Source of the DNA: Octopus bimaculoides
Taxonomy: Eukaryota
Assembly (NCBI RefSeq): GCF_001194135.2
Contig: NC_068983.1
Coordinates: forward strand, 37,435,693-37,499,692
Length of the DNA: 64,000 nt
Reading direction: 5' to 3'
Part shown: piece by piece, positions 53,248-63,444 of the stretch
Numbering within the stretch: position 1 is the stretch's first letter
Layout of the letters: every line of letters begins with the position of its first letter
The notes under the pieces: generated by a model
Told to the model about the DNA's origin: nothing
The model's input: the letters and a program-made list of their open reading frames with translations, nothing else
Database searches by the model: none
Translations under genes and position numbers: made by a program

Positions 53248-54210
53248 TGTTACGAACGCCAGCACGCGAAGCACCTCCTCAACCGAAGAGGGAACTCGCA
53301 CGCGCGCGCGAACGCTCGTATGCTCAGTGAGTTAGCAGCTAGCCTCGGTCACCTGATCGTATGATAAGCCCCGGCTGGAGCACGTAACGAAGAACAACAC
53401 AGGCAAAAGGAGGGGAGGAAGAAACAACACGAAGACCATGCGTTGGGTAACCTTTTCTTTTTACATACATAACATCACAGAATACATTTAAAACATTAGA
53501 ATAGAGCATTACATAATAACAATTCCAATACATGGCATAACAGTTCAATAACGTTGACAAAGTTTCCTAACAATTACAAGCTTTTCAATCATTTTTACAT
53601 CGCAAAGTTCGTGTTTCAAGTTTCATTTGACAACAAAGTTCTTCTGCTTCTTTCTTTTGTATTTCTTTTCTTTTCCTTTCTGTTAGAAGCATTTAACAAC
53701 AACACAGTTAACAACTCGGAGTTCTTTTTCTTTAAAATAATATAAAAGCATTTACCACAACGAAGTTCGTTTCCTTCAGGTCTGCTACTTCCACTGACCA
53801 AGGCAGTCTGCCACTACAATTCCGTCTCTCTCTCACTGCCTCTGTCTCTATCGGCCTCTCTCACTGACTGCCTCTGCCCATCTCCACTTCATCTCTGTCC
53901 AACTGCTTCGGACAACTGCTACCACTCGACACAACCGAGCCTGCTGGCTCCCAGAGCTCGACTGACGGCTGTCCTTGTATATCTGTTCCTTTACCCACTC
54001 CCAGAACAAGGTCAGCCTGGTGCAAATTCATATCCTGCCTTTTTTTTTTGAACTTTCGCTGACCGGACAGGGGGCAGCTATGCTACAAATAGCTGTGGTT
54101 GCTGATAAGACAAAGGAAATTCCATTGTCTCCAACAACCACAGCACGGGTTCAAAATCCAGCTCGGGAGACAGGGATATAGTGCTAATTGCATCCTCGGT
54201 GGCCGCATCA
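53248..54210 (-). repeat. 3' LTR (963 bp)
   Basis: Direct repeat of 58697-59635, directly preceded on the minus strand by the polypurine tract. Confidence 0.96.
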
Positions 54211-54223
54211 CTACCCCTTCCCT
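54211..54223 (-). other. Polypurine tract
   Basis: Minus strand AGGGAAGGGGTAG abuts the TG start of the 3' LTR. Confidence 0.9.
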
Positions 54224-54293
54224 AGCTCTTTGTCGTCCCGACAAAACAAACAACATCTCCTAAATTGATTCTTTTCTCTCTCTCTCATTCCGC

Positions 54294-57200
54294 TTAGCAA
54301 GTGGATCCAACCCCTGCAGGTGTATNNNNNNNNNNNNNNNNNNNNNNNNNNNNNNNNNNNNNNNNNNNNNNNNNNNNNNNNNNNNNNNNNNNNNNNNNNN
54401 NNNNNNNNNNNNNNNNNNNNNNNNNNNNNNNNNNNNNNNNNNNNNNNNCTCGAATCCGGTATGTCACATCGGACAGGCGATCCATCACCGTATAAGGCCC
54501 TTCCCATGGACTCTGTAATTTCGGTGACTGTCCTCTTTTCCGCCTGGGGTTATGAAACCACACTTCATCACCCTCTTTAAAGTTGACTTCACTAGCCCGG
54601 GTGTCGTGCCGACGCTTCATTACTTCACCTGAAAACTTCAGGGCTTCTCTAACTTGCTGGTGTACCTCAGTCAGACTTTCCTGCAGATACTTCACATAGC
54701 TGGAGGTTTCCCTGGGCAGTTCCTCCCCCGGTGGTCTTCCCACTAATAGATCAACCGGGAGCCTTACTTCATGGCCCAACATCAGCTTCGCAGGTGAATA
54801 GCCAGTAGTCTCGTGTGTCGCCGATTGATATGCGAGCAATAGCGCAGGTAGCTTCAGATCCCAATCCATCTGTCCCTCTACACTATATTTAGCCAGTTCC
54901 TGTCCCAGCATCCAGTTAAATTTCTCCACCATCCCGTCCGATTGTGGTTTCATTGGGGTTGTTCTAGTTTTCTTTATCCCCAACAGCTTACAGCACTCCT
55001 GGAACACAGCCGACTCAAAGCTCCTGCCTTGATCAGAATGTAACTCCTGGGGAACCCCGAACCGGCAGAAGAACTGATCCACCAACACCTGCGCAACTGT
55101 TGTAGCTTCCATATCACGGATGGCATAGGCCTCGGGCCACTTCGTGAAGTAGTCCATGGCCACACATATGTACTTGTTTCCTCTTTCCATGAGTGGCAAC
55201 GGACCAGCTATATCCACAGCTACCCTTTCCATGGGTACGCCCACCTGGTATAGCTGCAGAGGGGCACAACCCCGCTTCTTCGGTCCCTTTTTGGCGCAAC
55301 AAACATCACAAGAATGACACCATTCCTGGACGTCCTGGCGCATGCCCATCCAATAGAATCTATGCCACAGTCGATTCAAGGTTTTCTTCACCCCCAGATG
55401 TCCACTGGTAATCTGGTTGTGGGCTTCTTCCAACAACTCAGGCCTCATCTTCTTGGGTATCACCAACTGCCAATACTTATTAATGCCATCTGGTGTCTCC
55501 CATCGCCTCTCGAGCAGCCCATCCTTCAGACGAAGAAGGTCCCACTGGCCCCAATAGATCTTAGTTTCAGGACTGGACCTGGATATATCCTCCCAAGATG
55601 GTCTCGCTGATCCCTGCTGCAGCCACTCTACCACTGGCCCTAAGTCGGCATCTTCCATCTGCCTCCGTTGCACTTCTCCGGTAGCCACTGATCCAGTCAC
55701 CGTGGTACGTCTACACTTTTTAATGTGCCCTTCTTTTCCTGCACAATGCTTGCAGTCCGGCTCACAAGGACGACGACTCAAACCGTCCGCATTACTATGT
55801 ACCCGCCCTGGACGGTGCTGTACCTCAAAGTTGTGTTGATCTAGTTTCCCTAGCCATCGTGCTAGTTGTCCCTCCGGGTTCCGCAGTGTCCTCAGCCACT
55901 TGAGTGCTGCATGATCCATTCTGATGACAAACTGGCAACCGTACACGTATGGATGGAAGAAGTCAACGCTCTTCATCACCGCCAAAAGCTCCCTACGGGT
56001 CACACAGTAGTTCCGCTCAGGTGGACTGAGCTTTTTGCTGTAATATGCCACCACATATTCCTTGTCATCCTTCCTCTGAGACAGTACTCCGCCAATACCA
56101 TGGCTACTGGCGTCACAGTCAAGTATGAAAAGCTTGCTCAGGTCCGGGTACGGCAACACTGGAGAACTCACCAACGCCTGTCTGAGCCCGTCAAAAGCGC
56201 TCTGCGTCACAGTATTCCACTCAAACTTTTGGTTCTTCCCCAGTAGCCTGTGCAACAGTGCAGCCACTGTTGCAAAGTCTTTCACAAAACGCCTGTAATA
56301 GGTGCACAATCCTAGGAAACTCCTCAAATCCTTTATACAAGTCGGGACCGGCCAATCCTTCACGGCTGTCACCTTGTCTGGGTCAGTACGGACACCGTCT
56401 TCGCCCACAATGTGTCCCAGGTACTTTACTTCCTTCTGAAACAGACTGCACTTCCTCGGGTTCAACTTGAGGTCTGCAGTTCGAAACCTCTCAAACACAC
56501 CTGATAACCTTTCCAGCTCCTGATCAAACGTCCGACCGAAAACTATCACGTCATCAAGGTAGATGAGGGCAGCCTGCCAGTGAAGGCCCTCCAGTACTCG
56601 GTCCATGAGACGCTCGAAAGTTGCAGGGGCGTTACATAAGCCGAATGGCATCACTTTGAACTGCCACAAACCCCGTCCGTATGAGAATGCAGTCTTCTCC
56701 CTATCCTTTTCAGCAACCTTGATTTGATGGTATCCGGCTTTCATATCCAAGTCTGAGAACCACCGAGCTCCCGCCAAAGCATCAAGCGTGTCGTCAATTC
56801 TTGGTAGAGGATACGCATCCTTAACCGTCACCTCATTCAGCGCTCGGTAATCCACACAGCATCTCACCGTGCCGTCTTTCTTCCGTACTAGAATAACTGC
56901 TGAGGACCAGGGACTGTTTGACTTTTCAACTACTCCCTGTCGTCGATACTCCTCCATCACTTCCTCCATTTCCCGCCGCTGAACTGGAGCCATCCTCCTA
57001 GCTGGTTGCTTGATCGGGCGATGGCCGCCCGTGTCGATATGGTGCTCCACCAGGTCCGTACATCCAAGGTCTAGATCTCCTGCAGAGAACACATCAGCAT
57101 ACTTCACTAGTAGCTTCCTCAATCGCGACACCTGAGCGCCATCTAAGCTCTGGCGGCTCCGTGCGAACAGATCTTGCAAATGCACAGGCAGATTACCACC

Positions 57201-57404
57201 TCCTTCCACTACTCTCCTGCAGTGACGCAACTGCCCCTGCCGCTGGTCCACTGCCTGGCACAGTCCCATGATTTGCCCTTTACAAATCTTCTGTGCCACT
57301 GCAGAAGAATTGGCTGCTACATCCAGCACTTTGTCAGCTCCTGCTTCCAGGGTTCGTCCAGCTGACAAGCCATGGACGTCAAGTAGTCCAATCCCAAAAT
57401 GCAC
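54294..57404 (-). CDS. pol: Gypsy Pol: reverse transcriptase, RNase H, integrase (open frame; N-gap near the C-terminus)
   Basis: RT motifs RCCVDYRALN, PFGLCNAPATF and YLDD (56550-56561). RNase H motifs CDAS, RELLA and NADGLSR. Integrase HHCC (AHNQITSGH...CHSCDVC), DIAGP/DYFTKW, SDQG, the catalytic Glu (GMVEK) and GPY. The ORF's N-terminal ~15 residues are an out-of-frame read of the protease end. Confidence 0.95.
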   Translation of the reverse strand: MHFGIGLLDVHGLSAGRTLEAGADKVLDVAANSSAVAQKICKGQIMGLCQAVDQRQGQLRHCRRVVEGGGNLPVHLQDLFARSRQSLDGAQVSRLRKLLVKYADVFSAGDLDLGCTDLVEHHIDTGGHRPIKQPARRMAPVQRREMEEVMEEYRRQGVVEKSNSPWSSAVILVRKKDGTVRCCVDYRALNEVTVKDAYPLPRIDDTLDALAGARWFSDLDMKAGYHQIKVAEKDREKTAFSYGRGLWQFKVMPFGLCNAPATFERLMDRVLEGLHWQAALIYLDDVIVFGRTFDQELERLSGVFERFRTADLKLNPRKCSLFQKEVKYLGHIVGEDGVRTDPDKVTAVKDWPVPTCIKDLRSFLGLCTYYRRFVKDFATVAALLHRLLGKNQKFEWNTVTQSAFDGLRQALVSSPVLPYPDLSKLFILDCDASSHGIGGVLSQRKDDKEYVVAYYSKKLSPPERNYCVTRRELLAVMKSVDFFHPYVYGCQFVIRMDHAALKWLRTLRNPEGQLARWLGKLDQHNFEVQHRPGRVHSNADGLSRRPCEPDCKHCAGKEGHIKKCRRTTVTGSVATGEVQRRQMEDADLGPVVEWLQQGSARPSWEDISRSSPETKIYWGQWDLLRLKDGLLERRWETPDGINKYWQLVIPKKMRPELLEEAHNQITSGHLGVKKTLNRLWHRFYWMGMRQDVQEWCHSCDVCCAKKGPKKRGCAPLQLYQVGVPMERVAVDIAGPLPLMERGNKYICVAMDYFTKWPEAYAIRDMEATTVAQVLVDQFFCRFGVPQELHSDQGRSFESAVFQECCKLLGIKKTRTTPMKPQSDGMVEKFNWMLGQELAKYSVEGQMDWDLKLPALLLAYQSATHETTGYSPAKLMLGHEVRLPVDLLVGRPPGEELPRETSSYVKYLQESLTEVHQQVREALKFSGEVMKRRHDTRASEVNFKEGDEVWFHNPRRKRGQSPKLQSPWEGPYTVMDRLSDVTYRIRXXXXXXXXXXXXXXXXXXXXXXXXXXXXXXXXXXXXXXXXXXTPAGVGSTC

Positions 57405-57490
57405 GAATCCTCCATTTCAACTACGTAAACAGGAAGCACAAATTCCAATCTGGCAACATCAATCCGGACATTAACTGGCCCTCTCAGCTC
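57317..57490 (-). pseudogene. Aspartic protease C-terminal half, in a different frame
   Basis: ELRGPVNVRIDVARLEFVLPVYVVEMEDSCILGLDYL carries the ILG.D.L retropepsin motif. A second frame switch near 57355 leads into the pol frame. Confidence 0.8.
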
Positions 57491-58012
57491 AGTGCACACC
57501 ACACAACTCCGGTCACACCACACAACTGCTGCGATGTCTCCGACAGCTCCAGATCCTGCAACACATCGGACCTCACAAAAGTCTGTCCCGAGGCCGAATC
57601 GATCACTGGAGAACACGTCCGGCCGTTGACTTTTCCGTTCACTCGTAGGCTGTCAATCACAGACCCTGCACGCCATCTCAAGTGTGGGGCTTCTTTGGAA
57701 CGTCTGGCTGATGGTTGCCCCTCAACACCAGCTCCTCTTCGTTTTCCGACTCTATTCCTTGTTGGGCAGTCACAACTCAGGTGTCCCTTTTTCTTACAAC
57801 ACCAACACTCGCCCTTGAAAACAGATCCTGCCCCATCGTTCTGTTTCCACTCTCGCCGCCAACTGTAGCAGTCTCGCCACCTGTATCCGCCTCTCCCACA
57901 GTGCCAACAACACACACCAGTCGTCTCCTCATTCCGCCTACTAAGTCCTTCAACTTCACGGACTTTTACCCTCCGTGCCTTGAATCCGGAGCTTCCACTC
58001 ACTCGTAAATTT
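57484..58012 (-). pseudogene. Gag C-terminus (two CCHC knuckles) fused in frame to the aspartic protease N-terminal half, then frameshifted
   Basis: Knuckles CWHCGRGGYRWRDC (His replaced by Tyr) and CWCCKKKGHLSCDC. Protease motif VIDSA at 57592-57600, where D-S/T-G is expected. The frame ends in a stop after a duplicated 14-mer. Confidence 0.85.
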
Positions 58013-58336
58013 NNNNNNNNNNNNNNNNNNNNNNNNNNNNNNNNNNNNNNNNNNNNNNNNNNNNNNNNNNNNNNNNNNNNNNNNNNNNNNNNNNNNNNNN
58101 NNNNNNNNNNNNNNNNNNNNNNNNNNNNNNNNNNNNNNNNNNNNNNNNNNNNNNNNNNNNNNNNNNNNNNNNNNNNNNNNNNNNNNNNNNNNNNNNNNNN
58201 NNNNNNNNNNNNNNNNNNNNNNNNNNNNNNNNNNNNNNNNNNNNNNNNNNNNNNNNNNNNNNNNNNNNNNNNNNNNNNNNNNNNNNNNNNNNNNNNNNNN
58301 NNNNNNNNNNNNNNNNNNNNNNNNNNNNNNNNNNNN

Positions 58337-58642
58337 ATCACGTGATGACGCAGCAACAGCAACCACTTCAGGTTTAGCAACCTCAGGCTCGGCAGCACAA
58401 AACTTCTCAACGCGCTCCGTCCTCTCATTGGGCCTTTCGATCTGCTGCTTACAACATACGACATCACTACTCAGTCCACGGAACTCCACCCTAAACTGCC
58501 GGTGATCCTCCCGCATCTGCTGTTGTTCTTTCCTGAATTCAGCGAAGCTCTCCTTCTGCTCTTCCAGCATCTTCACAATCAAAGCCAGGGATACTTCCTC
58601 CCTCCTAGCCTGACCCTTCGCACACGCACCTTCCGAAGCCAT
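58337..58642 (-). CDS. gag: Gag N-terminal part (runs into N-gap)
   Basis: ATG at 58642, just downstream of the PBS. MASEGACAKGQARREEVSLALIVKMLEEQKESF... is rich in coiled-coil-type residues, as is typical of Gypsy Gag N-termini. Confidence 0.75.
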
Positions 58643-58675
58643 GACGAACAACCAACTCACTGCAGCAATTTATAG

Positions 58676-58693
58676 ATCCCACTTCTGACACCA
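58676..58693 (-). other. Primer-binding site, complementary to the tRNA-Leu 3' end
   Basis: Minus strand reads TGGTGTCAGAAGTGGGAT, 3 nt inside the 5' LTR. It is the complement of the metazoan tRNA-Leu(CAA)-type 3' end ATCCCACTTCTGACA+CCA (match from recall). Confidence 0.9.
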
Positions 58694-58696
58694 ATT

Positions 58697-59635
58697 TGTT
58701 ATGAACGCCCGCACGCGAAGCACCTCCTCAACCGAAGAGGGAACTCGCGCACGCGCGCGAACGCTCGTACGCTCAGTGAGTTAGCAGTTAGCCTCGGTCA
58801 CCTGACCGTATGATAAGCCCCGGCTGGAGCACGTAACGAAGAACAACACAGGCAAAAGAGGGGAGGAAGAAACAACACGAAGACCATGCGTTGGGTAACC
58901 TTTTCTTTTTACATACATAACATCACAGAATACATTTAAAACATTAGAATAGAGCATTACATAATAACAATTCCAATACATGGCATAACAGTTCAATAAC
59001 GTTGACAAAGTTTCCAAACAATTACAAGCTTTTCAATCATTTTTACATCGCAAAGTTCGTGTCTCAAGTTTCATTTGACAACAAAGTTCTTCTGCTTCTT
59101 TCTTTTGTATTTCTTTTCTTTTCCTTTCTTTTAGAAGCATTTAACAACAACACAGTTAACAACTCAGAGTTCTTTTTCTTTAAAATAATATAAAAGCATT
59201 CACCACAACGAAGTTCGTTTCCTTCAGGTCTGCTACTTCCACTGACCAAGGCAGTCTGCCACTACAATTCCGTCTCTTTCTCACTGCCTCTGTCTCTATC
59301 GGCCTTTCTCACTGACTGCCTCTGTCCATCTCCACTTCATCTCTGTCCAACTGCTTCGGACGACTGCTACCACTCGACACAACTGATCCTGCTAGCTCCC
59401 AGAGCTCGACTGACGTCTGTCCTTGTATATTTGTTCCTTTACCCACTCCCAGAACAAGGTCGGCCTTTTTTTTTTAACTTTCGCTGACCGGACAGGGGGC
59501 AGCTATGCTACAAATAGCTGTGGTTGCTGATAAGACAAAGGAAATTCCATTGTCCCCAACAACCACAGCGCGGGTTCAAAATCCAGCTCGGGAGACAGGG
59601 ATATAGTGCTAATTGCATCCTCGGTGGCCGCATCA
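58697..59635 (-). repeat. 5' LTR (939 bp)
   Basis: Minus strand starts TGATGCGGCC and ends ...TTCATAACA. Hand alignment to 53248-54210 gave about 25 substitutions, one 1-bp indel and one ~22-bp indel. Confidence 0.96.
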
Positions 59636-61509
59636 ATATTAAAATATACAACTACTTATCCACAAGACTGCTACACTTTGAAACTTAACATGATCAAACA
59701 TACTTAGAAATTCTTGCTAATGGCATCATTTGAAAATTTACTTCCTTTTTAATAAAATTCCACTCATGTCTTTGATGTAATTAATACTTTGTGGAAAGAT
59801 TCCTTGCAGATATAAGCTTCGGTTACTTATCAAATTAACCTTTAAGTAAGTTATAACATGACTAAACACCTTCACAGCTAAAGCCACTCTCAGCATTTAC
59901 CATTTTCTTCTTTGGTCATGTCAGTATTATCAATCAAGGAACTATAGGAAAGAAAACAACAGATTAAATTTTTTGTGTCATTTGACTGCATCCTTTTGCA
60001 TTCCGAGTTCAAATCTTATTCAGGCTTCCAAGGTCAGTAAAATAAGAACCATTAGTTATACCTCCTCAAGATCTATAATCCATTAATTAAGGTTGATCTG
60101 ATATTTGCACCTGTGTATGAAAACCTAAGGAAGTTTTCTTTTTTTCATTAAGAAGACTGGCTGCTTATCAATGCATGCAAGTCCCTCCTCTATGCCACTG
60201 ATGTTGTCCAAAGAAAAGGCCATTGGTTTAAAACCAATACAACTTGGCATCATTGCTATCAGACCTCAAAGGGATCAGATATTATCAGCCCTGAAAGGAT
60301 GCAAAACAAAAAATTACTTTGGTAGGAATTGAACACATAGTGCAGAGAGGTGATACACAAAAGAAGTCTCTTGTTGAGTGACTTAAATATAAAAATGAGT
60401 GAAAATTTGAAGCAGAACTTTTCACTGTCCAATAACATGAAGGAAATGACCATTTTCCTGGGGGATTGTTCCAATATTTCAGCAAAGATAAGGTGGTGAG
60501 CTGACAGAATCGTTAGCACGCTGGACAAAATGTTTAGTGGCATTTTGTCAATCTTTACATTCTGTATCCAAATTCTGCTGGAGTCAACTTTGCCTTTCAT
60601 CCTTTCGGAGTCGATAACATTGGTACCAATTGAGCACTGAAGTTGATTTAATCAACTGCCAAATTTGAGACCAATATCTGAGCAAAGATGATGATTATCA
60701 GAAAGACTAGAAGAAAAGAGTAAATTTTTTGTGCCATTTGACTACATCCTTTTGTATTCTGAGTTTGAATCCCATTCAACATTTCAAGGTCAGTAAACTA
60801 AGTACTAATCAAGTATTGCAGTTAATATACCCGCTCAAGACCTATAATCTTTTTGTGGAACTTCCATCAATTATAGTTAACCTCATATCTGCACTACTGT
60901 GTGCAGGCCTGAACAAGGTTTTTTTGGGGAAGACTGGTTGTTGGCCATGCATGCAAGGATCTTGATTCTACACCTTTGATGATGTTCAAAGAAAAAAACC
61001 CAGTGTTGTCACAGGCATTACTGTCAGGATGCAAAGGACAGGATCAGAGACATAAGAATTCCCATCCAACACCCTAAAATATCTGCCAATCCACTGTCTT
61101 AGATTGTTCCTTTTTTTTATTGGCCCTGAAAGAATGCAAAGCAAAGCTAACTTACAAGAGGGTACTGGAATGTTCTTAGCTTTGGGTAAAAGAAAATATA
61201 GATGGATCAGTTATGATTTTATTCAATATATTCCCTTCTCAGATTCACACACTTATTGCAACAGTCTTTCAGTTTTTCCCTGTAAAAGAACTTGGAAAGT
61301 TGGGCCTCCAACCAGGCCCTTTGTAATACCCTTAAAGCCAGGAACTTTTCAGTAACCCCTCATAAGGTTACTTATGTAACCTTATGAGTGCAGAGAGTTA
61401 AGGCAAATACCACAAGGCATTTTATTTAGTGCTCTACTGACTCTGCTATTTGGCCATCTTTCTCTAATGTTGTATTTGTGTTAAAAATAATAATAATTAT
61501 TATTATTTA

Positions 61510-61740
61510 AGCAGTACAAAGCGGCAAGTTGGCAGAATCATTAGCATGCTGGACGAAATGCTTAGCAGTATTTTGCCTGTCACTATGTTCTGAGTTCAAA
61601 TTCCACTGAGAGTAGCTTTATCTTCCATCATTTTTGGGATCAATAAATTAAGTACCAGTGAAACACTGGAGGCGATGTAAATGACTAGTCCTTTCCCCGA
61701 CAATCTCAGGAATTGTGCCTATTGTAGAAAGGATTATTAT
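61510..61740 (+). mobile_element. tRNA-derived SINE (third family), flanked by (ATT)n
   Basis: A-box TGGCAGAATCATTAG and B-box GAGTTCAAATTCC. Many copies, e.g. 14975-15185, 15225-15460, 49770-49985 and 60490-60660 (+); 23690-23880, 28240-29740 and 35040-35235 (-). Confidence 0.8.
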
Positions 61741-62767
61741 TTAAGCAATACAATAAATTAATTCACAAAAGTGTGTAGTTATATTGCAAATTCAAGGTTT
61801 TTAATTTAATACATTAGACAATAAGTGTTTTAAACTGATATGTTTTGAAATTAAAGATTTTGGTAATGGTGGCTGCTATTGTTTAACTTCATATCAAGCC
61901 TGATGAATCAGAACTCTGATCAGAAGCATTCCAGATGTGTTCATCCCAGTTTTTTGTTTTCTTTTTAAAGCATAGTGTATCTAGGACTACATCCAAATGG
62001 CTATGAAAATGTTTTCCTAAGGCGGCCCAATCGATGCAGAAGTAGGGTTGCCTTATAGCTATTTGAATGAAACACCTAGAAGAAGTAATATTTATCTACT
62101 AAACAAATATTTCCATGATATCGTGATGTTTTTCAGTGCCTGACTCATCCCCGATCCACATGATTATAAGAGTTGTAAGTTTAAAATGTTGCTGGAAGAA
62201 GTTCAGATAACTATTGCATTTACTGATAACATCATATGAAATTTGTACGATGCATGTGCCAGAAGCCAGAAGTTATATTCTTGTCAAAACATGAGCAGTA
62301 AAAACACATGACCTGCCATAACTGAACAGAAATAGATGCATGCTATCATCATCATCATCATCATTACCACCACCACCACCACTGTTATCATCATCATCAT
62401 TGGTTTATGTTTACTCTCAAATTCCTTCAACTCCCACCATCAAATGCAGTGTAAAGTCATAGCCAGGACAATTATTAAATATTTAGTTCATTCATAGTGC
62501 TTTGACAGTAAATAGAATATTATTATAGAAAGTTAAAGAAGTGATGTTTAAATTCTCAATCGCAGAATAATGCTAATAATATAGCCTGAACAGGATAAAC
62601 TATCCCTGTTTTGCAGAGAAAAGTGTAGGTGACTAGATGCAATTGAGAATTTAAACATCACTTCTTTAACTTTCTATAAAAAAGACATCTCAACGCTTCT
62701 AAAAGCAAGCTTCGCTTGTTTGTTTACGTTTGTCGTAATTTGTATTTAGAATATTATTATTATTATT

Positions 62768-63177
62768 CGAGAAGACCCGGCAAGCCAAGTAAGATCGTTA
62801 CCAGTGCCCCTGGACTGGCTCTTGTGCGGGTGGCACATGAGATGCACCATTTTGAGCGTGGCCGTTGCCAGTACCGCCTGACTGGCTCCCGTAGGATTTT
62901 CGAGTGAGATCATTGCCAGTGCCCCTGGACTGGCTTGTGCGGGTGGCACATAAAAGACACCATTTCGAGCGTGGCCGTTTTCGTGCGGGTGACACGTAAA
63001 AGCACCCACTACACTCTCTGAGTGGTTGGCGTTAGGAAGGGCATCCAGCTGTAGAAACTCTGCCAAATTAGATTGGAGCCTGGTGTTGCCATCCGGTTTC
63101 ACCAGTCCTCAGTCAAATCGTCCAACCCATGCTAGCATGGAAAGCGGACGTTAAACGATGATGATGATGATGATGAT
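62768..63177 (+). mobile_element. Young RTE-type 3' end element with (GAT)n tail
   Basis: Ends GGACGTTAAACGATGATGAT. About 240 bp differ from 13784-14030 at only 2 positions. The 5' part has internal tandem subunits. Confidence 0.8.
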
Positions 63178-63444
63178 GTCTTGTGTCCATATTATCTTTA
63201 TTTTGTTAATTATTAAGTTTGCATACAGCAGCTGTCCCTAGGTAAATCTCTGATCACTTCTCAGTCTTTTCTTTTATGTGATTTACCACCAAGTGTTTCA
63301 TTCACAAAAACAAGCTTGTATCTTGTCTAGTCATTCTAAGCTCTTGCAGTTACAGTTGGACTATGATCTACTGATGAGGTCTAGAAGACTGAAACATGTC
63401 TACAGTTGTCCCTTTACTGCTAAGATCTGACTTATTTCCCACTG

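Larger units (their letters stand above)
4267..58336. other. Six assembly gaps (N runs): 4267-4827, 7106-7782, 13083-13783, 21120-21219, 54326-54448, 58013-58336
   Basis: N characters. The coordinates given span the first gap to the last; this is not one continuous feature. Confidence 0.99.
53248..59635 (-). mobile_element. Ty3/Gypsy LTR retrotransposon, full structure, defective
   Basis: Two ~950-bp direct repeats with TG...CA ends. The 4-bp TSD ATAT is at 53244-53247 and 59636-59639. PBS and PPT sit next to the LTRs. Domain order on the minus strand is gag-PR-RT-RH-IN, the Gypsy order. Confidence 0.97.

Noticed and set aside
53741-53748. TATAAAAG on the plus strand of the LTR as an antisense promoter
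   Set aside because: A single TATA-like octamer in an AT-rich stretch is expected by chance and nothing else supports it.
53339-53801. Short ORFs repeated in both LTRs (and at 58781-59249)
   Set aside because: They are 60-78 aa, begin mostly at non-ATG starts, show no motifs, and recur only because the LTR is duplicated.
55114-57868. Plus-strand ORFs overlapping pol
   Set aside because: These are antisense shadows of a GC-rich coding strand with no recognisable domains.
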